Position numbers and translations under genes: made by a program | Source: an uncultured delta proteobacterium | GTDB taxonomy: Bacteria > Desulfobacterota > Syntrophia > Syntrophales > Smithellaceae | Length of the DNA: 64,000 nt | Reading direction: 5' to 3' | Assembly (NCBI GenBank): GCA_963851005.1 | Contig: CAWKNI010000002.1 | Location: 6,156 to 70,155 of the forward strand | Notes under the pieces: generated by a model | What the model was told of the DNA's origin: nothing | Database searches by the model: none | What the model saw: the letters and a program-made list of their open reading frames with translations, nothing else | Part shown: piece after piece, positions 36,082 to 44,976 of the stretch | Layout of the letters: each line of letters opens with the position of its first letter | Position numbering within the stretch: the first letter of the stretch is position 1

Positions 36082-36411
36082 ATGTCTGAACACATTCATG
36101 TCGCTTACGGTACGGAAATTATTTTAATGTCTGTAATATTTAAAGTGACTGCCGAAGGATGCCTGGCTTACGGTAATCGGAATCTACTTTATATTGAAGG
36201 TCTCACCACCGTCGGAAGCGCCTGCTGCGGCATGTTAGAATGTCGTGTTATCCATGTTCCCGGTTTTGTCGTATCCTGGTATTACAAAATAGACAATGCT
36301 TCGGGCAATGCATTAAGCAAAGTGGAGCTGGTCACTGATCCTTCCACTCTCGAAGATGTGAAAAAGTTATTGTTCAAAACATTTCCTTCATCACTATTTC
36401 TTTTTTCGTAG
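36082..36411 (+). CDS. Hypothetical protein (gene downstream of the IS-disrupted promoter)
   Basis: ORF 36040-36411 in the track. ATG 36082 (MSEHIHVAYG...) has a better RBS (GGAG). No family recognised; contains GSACCGMLEC. Confidence 0.4.
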   Translation: MSEHIHVAYGTEIILMSVIFKVTAEGCLAYGNRNLLYIEGLTTVGSACCGMLECRVIHVPGFVVSWYYKIDNASGNALSKVELVTDPSTLEDVKKLLFKTFPSSLFLFS

Positions 36412-36468
36412 CACCCTTCTTGCTTTTTGATGTTTAATCCAACTACTAGTTAAAAGAATAGTAATAAT

Positions 36469-37494
36469 TTATATTACAGGCCATGATACTTCACCCAGAG
36501 ACATACGGCACAGATCGGTAATAAATATTTTGGGTAAACCGGCCTTAGAGGTCTGATCGTGCAAAACTGTATCACACATAGGACAGATCGTGATCATTGC
36601 CTCGGCACGGTTATCAATCGCATCCTTAATGTTATCATTCTGGATATTCATCGCCAGTTCCTTCTTTACGGCGAGTGCAGGCCCGCCGCAGCATAGGGCA
36701 TTCAGACCCTCATATTTTCTTGAAACGCGTTCTACCCCAATTAGCTCGAATATGTCATTGAGCCATACATCCTGCTCAGGTATCCACCTGACGGCGCAGT
36801 TCGGTTGGTAGGCAACCTTCTTCTTCAGTTTGGTAATATCGTTTTGGTTGTTTTTAAGATAGTCACGCATGTATTCAAAAAGGTGCATGTATTTATAAGG
36901 CACATGAATACCAAGCTCTTTAGCTTTGACGTGAGCCAGAACATATCCTTCGTTATGAATATAAACGATATCTTTACCCAACGCGGCCAGCCCTTCAATA
37001 ACTTTTTGGCCATACCTTTCGGCAAGGCTCGCCCCGCCCATATGGGCCATACCAACCAATGAAGCGTACTTTTTCCCTCGCACAACGGTCATGCCTTTGA
37101 ACATCCTGCTTTCAAGTGTACCTTCTGGAAACTGTTTAAATACGAAGGAATCAAAGGAGAGGGCAGGCTTGTCCGGGTCTCCCTCTGTAACCTGGCCTCC
37201 ACTGCCACCGTCTTCAAACGCTTTGGTTACCATGTCAATAAAAGGTTTAAAGCTTACGACAATAGAACCGGTACCGATCTTCTCCTGCATTTTGTAGATA
37301 AGATCAGCCGGATCGGCTCCGGTCGGACAGTTTTGAAAACATGCATTACAGGTAATGCACCTATCCAGGATATCAGCCGTTTTTCCTTCCATGAGAAGTT
37401 TTATTTCGCTCACGGCCTTGCCCTTGTCGTAATCAACATAACGGCACTTTACCAGACAATCACCACATAAATCACACTTTGAAGCATCCCACAT
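36469..37494 (-). CDS. HdrD-like (Fe-S)-binding protein with CCG domain
   Basis: 341-aa ORF with CDLCGDCLVKC and CITCNACFQNCP cluster motifs; the C-terminal half has NALCCGGPA and ICPMCD (CCG-domain pattern). Confidence 0.8.
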   Translation of the reverse strand: MWDASKCDLCGDCLVKCRYVDYDKGKAVSEIKLLMEGKTADILDRCITCNACFQNCPTGADPADLIYKMQEKIGTGSIVVSFKPFIDMVTKAFEDGGSGGQVTEGDPDKPALSFDSFVFKQFPEGTLESRMFKGMTVVRGKKYASLVGMAHMGGASLAERYGQKVIEGLAALGKDIVYIHNEGYVLAHVKAKELGIHVPYKYMHLFEYMRDYLKNNQNDITKLKKKVAYQPNCAVRWIPEQDVWLNDIFELIGVERVSRKYEGLNALCCGGPALAVKKELAMNIQNDNIKDAIDNRAEAMITICPMCDTVLHDQTSKAGLPKIFITDLCRMSLGEVSWPVI

Positions 37495-37704
37495 TTTTTC
37501 ACCCCCATTAAAGTTGGTTGGGCAAAACCCTTTAAAGAAAAAGCGTCTCTTTTATCCCTTACAGACTTTTATCAATTTACAAAAAGGTGTGTACATGAGT
37601 ATGGTGAATATGTCTACAAGCTTATATCTGACCTGCCTTTTTTATTTACATAATTAACAATTACAATTTAAAAAACAGCATTTTTGCCAAAATCATCAAA
37701 TGCT

Positions 37705-37750
37705 TTGTAAAATAAAGCAGCCCCGAAACCTTTGTCCGATTCCGGGGCTG
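37705..37750 (-). terminator. Candidate rho-independent terminator after the reductase gene
   Basis: GC-rich stem CAGCCCCG (37718-37725) / CGGGGCTG (37743-37750). Read on the minus strand it is followed by CTTTATTTTAC. Confidence 0.4.
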
Positions 37751-37768
37751 TAATTTTAACTTGGAATT

Positions 37769-37869
37769 CCCCGTTGCTTGCAGCGGGGATGGATAAAGAA
37801 AAATCATCTTTCCATATTATCGGCGAAACGAAGTTGAGCCGACGTGATACCCCGCAGCTTGCTGCGGGG
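37769..37869. repeat. Pair of CCCCG-N-GCTGCGGGG hairpins (same family as 30318-30337)
   Basis: CCCCGTTGCTTGCAGCGGGG (37769-37788) and CCCCGCAGCTTGCTGCGGGG (37850-37869). The reverse complement of the second matches CCCCAAAGCAAGCTGCGGGG (30318-30337) at 18/20. Confidence 0.7.
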
Positions 37870-37910
37870 AGAGTTCATTCAAACTTTTCTTTTTACATTG
37901 CATTAAGTGT

Positions 37911-39611
37911 TTATTTTTCCCTTGGATACGGCCAAGCCATGACACCGCCTTCCATGACCTCGACATTTTCCCATCCGTTACCTTCCAGCACCAGCGCCGC
38001 TTCATAGCCGCGCAGTGAAATCTTGCAGTAACAAATGATTTCTTTGTTCTTATCTTCTGGAATCTCCTTCAATCGCTTGCGCAACACACCAAGGGGAATA
38101 AGCATCTCGCCGATGCCAAGGCGCATCTGTTCAAATTCATCAGGTCCCCGAACGTCGATGAGGAACGGTTTTTCGTTGGCGAGAACTTTTTCCCGAACTT
38201 CACTGCAACTGATGCCCTTGAGTCTTCCTTTTATTTTGTTTTGCATTATGTGCGCTGTAGCGATGAAGTGATCTATGGCCAGAGAAAAAGGCGGTGCGTA
38301 AGGGAGATCTGCATTTATGAGATCTTCGACAGTCAGCTTGCCTTGAATTGCCATCGCCCACTGAGCTATTTGCTTGCTGACGTTGCCCGGTCCGATGCAT
38401 TGAGCACCCAATAACTTGCCAGTTTTTCGATCAGCGATAAGCTTGGTGACCAGGAGCTTACCTTCCATGTATCCGGGTTTGTCAGGACTGGCGTTTATTA
38501 CCGTGATGATGTCACTATGTCCCCATTTTTTTGTGGCTGTCTCGGAAAGTCCCGTTGATCCTGCGGCATAATCGAAAACCTTACAGATGCCTGTCTGAAT
38601 AGTTCCGGGAAATGTTACACAATTTTCCGAAGCGGCGTTTTCACCAGCCACACGTCCCTGAAGGTTGGCCAAATCTCCATATGGCGCCAGAACTTTTTTG
38701 CCGGTAATTCTGTTCACTGTTTCCACACAGTCGCCCACGGCATAGATGTCCGGATCGGAAGTCTGCATGTATTTGTTTACATTTATGCCACCCAATCTGC
38801 CGATTTTCAAACCAGTTTGTTTGGCCAGTTTTACATTAGGAGTAACACCAATTGCCACCACCGCCAGTTCACAGGCCAGTTCAGTGCCGTTTTGCAGTTT
38901 CACCGCCGTCAGTTTGCCGTTTTCACCTAGAAACTCTGCAACGCCGTTGTCTGTGATGACATTGGCTCCTTTGCTTTTGAGATGGTTTTCCACGAGCTTG
39001 GCTAGTTCCCAGTCCAGGAAAGTCAGTAGTTGAGGCAGAAGTTCAATCACTGTGATTTCGATGCCCGTAAGTTGAAGCGCTTCACAGGTTTCGATGCCTA
39101 TCAAACCGCCGCCGATAACGACAGCTTTTTTGATCTTCTTTTCATCTCGGACTTTGCGCAGGAAATCGGTGTCTTTCATGGATTTTAAGGTAGTAATCCC
39201 TTCGAGTTCTAGACCGGGAATAGGTGGCATCTGAGAAACAGAACCGGTGGCAATAACGAGTTTATCGTAAGTCAGTGAGCCAGTTTCGCCTGTCGCAATA
39301 TTCTTAAACGAAACGGAATGGTTTTTTCGGTCGATTGCTGTTACTTCCGTGTTTACTTTCGCGTCTATGTCTTTGGCGTTCAGATAGAATGTTGGAGTTC
39401 TCACAACGCCCGTGGGTGTGCACAAAAGCATATTGCGGTCATTGAAATATCCGCCAATGTAATAAGGATAACCGCATGACGCCATGGAGAGATCCGCATC
39501 TTTTTGCAGAATGACGACTTCAGCATTGTTGTCGATTCTTCTGGCTTTCGCCGCCGCCTTGGGTCCAGCAGCTGAGCCGCCGATCACTATAATTCTTTTT
39601 CTTTTTGTCAT
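37911..39611 (-). CDS. CoA-disulfide reductase-family flavoprotein fused to a rhodanese domain (NADH-dependent persulfide reductase-like)
   Basis: 566-aa ORF with FAD motif IIVIGGSAAGPKAA, single redox Cys in SMASCGYPYYIGG, NAD motif VVIGGGLIGIE, and a C-terminal rhodanese with active-site loop CYCKISLRG. Confidence 0.85.
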   Translation of the reverse strand: MTKRKRIIVIGGSAAGPKAAAKARRIDNNAEVVILQKDADLSMASCGYPYYIGGYFNDRNMLLCTPTGVVRTPTFYLNAKDIDAKVNTEVTAIDRKNHSVSFKNIATGETGSLTYDKLVIATGSVSQMPPIPGLELEGITTLKSMKDTDFLRKVRDEKKIKKAVVIGGGLIGIETCEALQLTGIEITVIELLPQLLTFLDWELAKLVENHLKSKGANVITDNGVAEFLGENGKLTAVKLQNGTELACELAVVAIGVTPNVKLAKQTGLKIGRLGGINVNKYMQTSDPDIYAVGDCVETVNRITGKKVLAPYGDLANLQGRVAGENAASENCVTFPGTIQTGICKVFDYAAGSTGLSETATKKWGHSDIITVINASPDKPGYMEGKLLVTKLIADRKTGKLLGAQCIGPGNVSKQIAQWAMAIQGKLTVEDLINADLPYAPPFSLAIDHFIATAHIMQNKIKGRLKGISCSEVREKVLANEKPFLIDVRGPDEFEQMRLGIGEMLIPLGVLRKRLKEIPEDKNKEIICYCKISLRGYEAALVLEGNGWENVEVMEGGVMAWPYPREK

Positions 39612-39633
39612 ACGCCCTCCTTATCGTTGTTTG

Positions 39634-40587
39634 TTACACGAAGGTAAGTTTTGTTCCCGCCATATTCAGAATAAACCGTTCTTTAAAAGATTCCTCTATA
39701 AAAGCAACAGCCTTTCTGCCTGTGCAATGCGTCGGAATAATATAATCCGGATTGATTTTCTTGAGCTCTTCCGTTGTCTTATCAATGATTGGTTCAAACA
39801 TGGGACCGGAAAGATGGAAACCGCCCATGATTGCGTGAACCTTATCGATTCCGGTTACCTCCCGGGCATAGGTTACCGTATTGACGATACCGGCATGGGC
39901 GCAGCCGGAAAGAATCACCAGGCCTTTTTCCTTGAGATTCATGACAATCGATGTGTCATCCTCAATAGCATCCCATTTCTCGACATCGTTCTCCATACAG
40001 TGGGCCAGGAGCATTCCTTTCTCGAAATCACTTCGTTTCGGCACCTCGCCCAGAAAAAGAAATTTGTCGTCCAAAAGCAAACTGGGTTCTTTAGTTTCCG
40101 TGACTTTCAACCCCGCATTAGCGGCCATCTCCCGAGTGAACTGGGGAAAGTAAATCTTGAACTCTTCGCTGAACTTCATATAACGGGGGCTTTTAAAGAC
40201 GCCGGGATGGACGTTGAGCGGAACATTTTTTTTGCCTATCATGGCCGCCAGCTTATTCAAGCCGCCAAAATGGTCGCTGTGCCCGTGCGAAAGAACGGCC
40301 GCTTCAACTTGAGTCATATCAACATTCAGTCTTGAAGCATTATAGGCGGCGCCGTCTTCAGAAAAACCGAAGTCAAACAACAAGGTATTCGTCTTATCGC
40401 CGGTTGCTGCCTTTACAATGGCAGAAAATCCGTGTTCAGCACCGATAGACACCTTGATGTGACCATCTTTTATGGGCATTGCCCGAGCTACAACAGCATT
40501 GTTGTCCATTGCCGTAATATCTATGTAGTTATCCTGTAAAGTTAAAATCTCGATCTTATCCACTGCTTTCAACGTTGTTTTTGCCAT
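39634..40587 (-). CDS. MBL-fold metallo-hydrolase (COG1237-type)
   Basis: 317-aa ORF with the metal motif LSHGHSDHFGG and a later CAHAG. Confidence 0.8.
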   Translation of the reverse strand: MAKTTLKAVDKIEILTLQDNYIDITAMDNNAVVARAMPIKDGHIKVSIGAEHGFSAIVKAATGDKTNTLLFDFGFSEDGAAYNASRLNVDMTQVEAAVLSHGHSDHFGGLNKLAAMIGKKNVPLNVHPGVFKSPRYMKFSEEFKIYFPQFTREMAANAGLKVTETKEPSLLLDDKFLFLGEVPKRSDFEKGMLLAHCMENDVEKWDAIEDDTSIVMNLKEKGLVILSGCAHAGIVNTVTYAREVTGIDKVHAIMGGFHLSGPMFEPIIDKTTEELKKINPDYIIPTHCTGRKAVAFIEESFKERFILNMAGTKLTFV

Positions 40588-40738
40588 TTTATTAATTCTC
40601 CTTTTTCAATCAATTGGAATATTTATGCCAATGAGATATATTTCATCTGATGCTTGGATTATATATTATTTACCTGCTTTGCCAATCTTAATAAAAGTTA
40701 AGGTTTATCTCGATTGACAGTACTGATGAAATATCTTT

Positions 40739-41224
40739 TTATTTATACCCTCGCTTTTCCTTTTTTCGTACAGTCTTATCGTCCACTTCGTCCTGCCAGC
40801 CGCTTTGGCGCACATCGAAAAGGTCAAACTTTTGAGTGTATGGTTTGATGTCCAGAAGAGGTGTGCCGTCGAGAATATCCACACCATTAACATGAAGAAT
40901 CCGTCCTTCTATTCTTTCTAATTCCACAACGCTCAGTCCGATGGCATTGGGGCGACACGGCGCACGTGTTGCAAACACACCGTGTTCAATGTCCTGCAAA
41001 AAAGGTTTAACGATCAGTTTAAGCTGCGGCGACGACTGATGGAAATGATAAAGTAGATAAATATGGGAAAAACCTTCCAGGTCTCTTAATCCCTCCGCGA
41101 ATTCCGTGAACACTTCGATTTGTCCTTTGCAGCCTTGGGCATAAATTGGCTGAATGGGCGTCTTTCCCGCTATAGTATGTTCACTGTGGATTATGCCGAT
41201 GGGACTGTAGGTTAATCCTTGCAT
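40739..41224 (-). CDS. trmO: TrmO/TsaA-family SAM-dependent methyltransferase
   Basis: 161-aa ORF. GFSHIYLLYHFH...RPNAIGLSVVELERIEGRILHVNGVDILDGTPLLDIKPY is the YaeB/TsaA signature. Confidence 0.85.
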   Translation of the reverse strand: MQGLTYSPIGIIHSEHTIAGKTPIQPIYAQGCKGQIEVFTEFAEGLRDLEGFSHIYLLYHFHQSSPQLKLIVKPFLQDIEHGVFATRAPCRPNAIGLSVVELERIEGRILHVNGVDILDGTPLLDIKPYTQKFDLFDVRQSGWQDEVDDKTVRKKEKRGYK

Positions 41225-41298
41225 TGCTATGCCACCCTACCTTCAATGCCTTTGCTTATGTTAATGTTAGCTTGTTAATGCGTTATTGGTTTGGTTTT

Positions 41299-41667
41299 TT
41301 AACCGTTATGGCATTCATGCTCATGCTGGGCACAGGCGATTTCCGAATCTTCAAGGTTGCCGGAAAGCCAGCTTTCGGCAACGGCTTTAACGTCACCTGA
41401 ACATCCGCGCAGCACATCAATGCCATGGCTGTGCAATACGTTAACAGCTCCTTGTCCCATGTTTCCGGCCAGCATGAGTTTTACGCCCTGCTCGGCAAGC
41501 GTCTGGGCTATATTAGATTTGCAGCCGCAACCAGCAGGCGAAGCAATCTTTTCTTCTGCTGTTATTTTTTTCTGGCCGTCAATGGTGAATACCGTAAAGT
41601 GCTCACAATGTCCAAAGTGTTCGTCAATTTGATTTTGATACGATGGTAACGCTATTTTCATAAACAT
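41299..41667 (-). CDS. NifB/NifX-family (dinitrogenase FeMo-cofactor-binding domain) protein
   Basis: 122-aa ORF. IALPSYQNQIDEHFGHCEHFTVFTI and GVKLMLAGNMGQGA are typical of this small family. Confidence 0.8.
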   Translation of the reverse strand: MFMKIALPSYQNQIDEHFGHCEHFTVFTIDGQKKITAEEKIASPAGCGCKSNIAQTLAEQGVKLMLAGNMGQGAVNVLHSHGIDVLRGCSGDVKAVAESWLSGNLEDSEIACAQHEHECHNG

Positions 41668-41684
41668 CTCCTTTAAACAGTTTA

Positions 41685-42029
41685 TTAATTATTTTTTCTT
41701 ACCTGCGCTTTTTTTGCGTGGCAACAGGATTTTGTTTCATCTAAAGAAACTGTTCCACCTTCAATCTTTAGAGCTTTTCCGTTAATTAGAACATCGGCTA
41801 TTTTTTTGTGCGCCGCTTCGATTATCCTGCCGAAAGTCGGGCGGGAAATATTCATTTTAATAGCTGCATCTTCCTGATATAGTTCTTCGTAATCCGCCAG
41901 ACGAATTGCTTCAAATTCATCCAGATTTAGAACAATCTCTTCCAAATCCATAGTGGGTATCCCCCGTGGCTTGAAATAATTTTTATCAGGTATTCCGCAG
42001 ATATTACGGTGGCATTTAGGCCGAGGCAT
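41685..42029 (-). CDS. DUF134 (UPF0251) putative DNA-binding protein
   Basis: 114-aa ORF with MPRPKCHRNICGIPDKNYFKPRGIP...LDEFEAIRLADYEELYQEDAAIKMNISRPTFGRI. Confidence 0.85.
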   Translation of the reverse strand: MPRPKCHRNICGIPDKNYFKPRGIPTMDLEEIVLNLDEFEAIRLADYEELYQEDAAIKMNISRPTFGRIIEAAHKKIADVLINGKALKIEGGTVSLDETKSCCHAKKAQVRKNN

Positions 42030-42055
42030 TTCTCTATATTACTCCTTTTTGCACT

Positions 42056-42084
42056 ATTATAAGCATATGCTCATAACTTGTCAA
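42056..42084 (-). promoter_or_regulatory. Consensus sigma70 promoter with an embedded palindrome (DUF134 operon)
   Basis: Minus-strand read: TTGACA (42079-42084), 17-nt spacer, TATAAT (42056-42061). The 18-bp near-palindrome TATAAGCATATGCTCATA (42058-42075) occupies the spacer. Confidence 0.6.
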
Positions 42085-42256
42085 GGATTAATTTCTCCTT
42101 TTTTCTGGAAAAGTAGATAACGAAAATGATTGTTCTTGCGTTTTTGCGATAATATATTTATTGTCAGACTACAATGAATGGCCGAAGTATTATTAATGGT
42201 AAACAAATAACCATACGGTTTCCTTCAGCTTTAAATAAATGGGAGGGCATTGATAT

Positions 42257-42625
42257 ATGAGCTTCACTAATGCGTTTCTGTATGTTTTCACCGGTATGCT
42301 GGCAGGATTATTAAGCGGCCTCATCGGTATCGGCGGCGGAACTATTATTGTTCCGATTCTCGTGATTTTTGCCGGTCTTTCCCAGAAAATGGCCCAAGGA
42401 ACAACTCTGGCTTTATTGGTTCCGCCAATAGGCATACTTGCTGCGTGGACATATTATAAACAAGGATATGTCGATTTTCCGATTGCTGGGTTAATTTGTA
42501 TTGGTTTTATCTTTGGCGGTCTAATTGGCGCAAAATTTGCCACTAATTTATCTAATCAAACATTGGAAAGAATATTCGGGATAGCATTACTGATTATCTC
42601 AATAAAAATGATTTTCACTAAATAA
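42257..42625 (+). CDS. Half-size TauE/SafE (TSUP) family membrane transporter
   Basis: 122-aa ORF with four TM segments and GLIGIGGGTIIVPILV, typical of TauE-like proteins. Confidence 0.75.
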   Translation: MSFTNAFLYVFTGMLAGLLSGLIGIGGGTIIVPILVIFAGLSQKMAQGTTLALLVPPIGILAAWTYYKQGYVDFPIAGLICIGFIFGGLIGAKFATNLSNQTLERIFGIALLIISIKMIFTK

Positions 42626-42694
42626 AAATTGATAAAAGAATTATCGATTGACGACTAGATAAATAAATATATTACATTTTGAAGGGAAGTAAAT

Positions 42695-43255
42695 ATGGAA
42701 TCAGGTTTTTCATCTTTGGCCGGAGCAGCTGCCACTCTTTTTGGACTTGTGTTGGTATCGCTTGTCTTTGCCTATACTACTGCTATTGCAAGAATAGACA
42801 GTATTGGTGATTTTTCTCATTTCGCCTCATGGGTATGGGCCGCAGGGTTTTCTTGCTTTCTTTATTTTTCCTGTTGTTTTCTTATTTCTTTCCGATTGAT
42901 GGAAGATGAAATATGGCTTCCCGCCATTGTGGGAATTGCCATGATGATAACTATTTCTCTTATCATATCTCTCTACAAAGAGTTGCACTGGCTCCGCATA
43001 ATGACACATGAAGACCGTTCAGAGTTCAAAGGATTGTTCTGGACACAGGCAATTCTGCCTGTAATTATTTTTATATTTTTCCAAGTTATGATCTGGCGAG
43101 CCATTATGCGGCTGTCAATAAATTCTTTTGGGGCATCAATGTACACCGCACTGACGTACACTCTTTTCTTTGCCGCCATGAGGGCTGTGATCCTAGTTAG
43201 TGCTTCGTTTTCTGCCATTGTAATTCTTCACAATTGTAAAAAGATGAAAGAATGA
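42695..43255 (+). CDS. Integral membrane protein of unknown function
   Basis: 186-aa ORF with about six hydrophobic segments. No family recognised. Confidence 0.5.
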   Translation: MESGFSSLAGAAATLFGLVLVSLVFAYTTAIARIDSIGDFSHFASWVWAAGFSCFLYFSCCFLISFRLMEDEIWLPAIVGIAMMITISLIISLYKELHWLRIMTHEDRSEFKGLFWTQAILPVIIFIFFQVMIWRAIMRLSINSFGASMYTALTYTLFFAAMRAVILVSASFSAIVILHNCKKMKE

Positions 43256-43265
43256 AAAAATAATC

Positions 43266-43799
43266 ATGAAATTTTTAATAAATGCCTGGCAACAATTACC
43301 GGCCAAAATTAGTCCCACCATTTTCAGTTTTGGTTCATTTCAACTGCGCTATTACAGCCTGATGTATATTGTCGCTTTCGTTGTCGTTTATTTCTTAACT
43401 CTCTACCGGATAAAAAATGAAGGCTATGAATATAAAGCGGAAACTATACAGGATTATCTTGTCTGGGCGATGCTTGGAGTGATAATCGGCGGCAGATTTG
43501 GTTATGCCTTGTTTTATAATTTCGGCTATTACTTCCAGCATCCGCTTGAAATAATTTTGCCTTTTGATTTTTCTCATGGGTTTAAATTTATCGGAATCAG
43601 TGGCATGTCTTATCACGGAGGACTTATCGGTATTGTTATTGTTTCCATTTTATTTTGCCGCAAGCATAAGATTAAGCTCTGGAATTTCATTGATCTGTTC
43701 TGTCCAGCAATACCTCTGGGCTACACCTTTGGCCGGATCGGAAATTTTATCAACGGTGAGCTTTGGGGCCGTGTAACTACCGTGCCCTGGGGTGGGTAA
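43266..43799 (+). pseudogene. lgt: 3'-truncated prolipoprotein diacylglyceryl transferase
   Basis: 177-aa ORF. It matches the Lgt N-terminal two-thirds (YYSLMYIVAF, GGRFGYALFYNF, GMSYHGGLIG, GRIGNFINGELWGRVTTVPWG) but stops right after the VPWG block. The C-terminal ~100 aa expected from E. coli Lgt (291 aa) are missing. Confidence 0.6.
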
Positions 43800-43983
43800 T
43801 AATTTATTGATTATAGGTGGCAGTGAGGTACGGCAAAGAACGGCCCTGAGAGCGCAGGATGTTTGATAAGTAAATGAATGGTCTGAATATTATCAACGTC
43901 TGGAGGAGATAAAAATAAATAATAAAAAGCGTAATTTCGATCAGGAAGCCGCTAACTGGGATCAGGTTCCTGGACGTGTAAAA

Positions 43984-44544
43984 TTGGCACAGGATATCGC
44001 TCAGAGCATGATCCAGGAGATAACCTTAACACCCGATATGGACGTTCTGGATTTCGGTTGTGGGACAGGATTGTTGACAATTGCCTTACAACCTTTTGTC
44101 CATTCCATAACCGGTGTGGATAGCTCCCAAGGAATGCTTGATGTTTTTGAATCAAAGATAAAAGAACATAATTTGAACAATGTAAAAGCCGAATACATTG
44201 ATCTGGACAACGGTGATGTTCTGACTGGCTCCTATCATCTTATTGTCAGCAGCATGACTTTGCATCACATTAAAAACATAACCTCTTTGTTAAAACAATT
44301 TTATTCGATTTTGCTTCCATCCGGCCAACTGGCTATTGCCGATCTGGAACCAGATGACGGCCAGTTTCATAGCAATAATGAAGGTGTATTTCACTTCGGA
44401 TTTGATCGTGAAAATTTGCACCGAATGTTTATAGAAATAGGATTTCGAGATGTTCGGTATCTGACAGCCGCTCAGGTTGAAAAACCGGTTGAAGGTGACC
44501 ATACTCGATTGTTTTCAATGTTTCTGAAAATTGGCCGCAAATAA
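43984..44544 (+). CDS. Class I SAM-dependent methyltransferase (canonical start uncertain)
   Basis: Motif I VLDFGCGTGLL. The reading frame is open back to 43870, and the conserved-looking FDQEAANWD lies upstream of the first canonical start (TTG 43984). A strong GGAGGAG sits at 43902-43908. Confidence 0.75.
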   Translation: MAQDIAQSMIQEITLTPDMDVLDFGCGTGLLTIALQPFVHSITGVDSSQGMLDVFESKIKEHNLNNVKAEYIDLDNGDVLTGSYHLIVSSMTLHHIKNITSLLKQFYSILLPSGQLAIADLEPDDGQFHSNNEGVFHFGFDRENLHRMFIEIGFRDVRYLTAAQVEKPVEGDHTRLFSMFLKIGRK

Positions 44545-44601
44545 AAAACAGTTTAAAATATATTAGTAGAATTGTTATAATTATCATTAAAACATCAACT
44601 T

Positions 44602-44928
44602 CTACTTTATAATCTTGCTTTTCATCGTCTTGGCAGCGTCTTCAAGCGATCCAAGATTCAAAACATCTTTGTAGCCAATTTTTTCGAGGGTTTCCTTCGC
44701 TATTCCCGATCTCCGTCCGCTTCGACAATAGAGGTAAATCCGTTTGGACTTGTCTTTAACAACCGTTCCTATCCTTTCCCCTATCAATTCGTAAGGAATC
44801 AGTATAGCCCCTTCTATATGACCATTGTTCCACTCGGTTTCTGTTCTGACATCGATAATGAGCGGTTTTCCGCCTTCAGCACAGAAAGATGAAAAGGCCA
44901 TCCCTAAAATCATTCCAGTAGTTATCAA
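44602..44928 (-). CDS. Exported single-domain rhodanese (sulfurtransferase)
   Basis: 108-aa ORF with a hydrophobic N-terminus, IIDVRTETEWNNGHIEGA and the active-site loop YCRSGRRS. Confidence 0.85.
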   Translation of the reverse strand: MITTGMILGMAFSSFCAEGGKPLIIDVRTETEWNNGHIEGAILIPYELIGERIGTVVKDKSKRIYLYCRSGRRSGIAKETLEKIGYKDVLNLGSLEDAAKTMKSKIIK

Positions 44929-44976
44929 AAAGAATAAAAACTTTTTGATTTCTTCTCCCTATAATCTTCTACTTTC

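Noticed and set aside
39484-40335. 283-aa plus-strand ORF overlapping the reductase and MBL genes
   Set aside because: It is antisense to two genes with strong family motifs (FAD/rhodanese; HGHSDH). There is no RBS and the composition looks odd.
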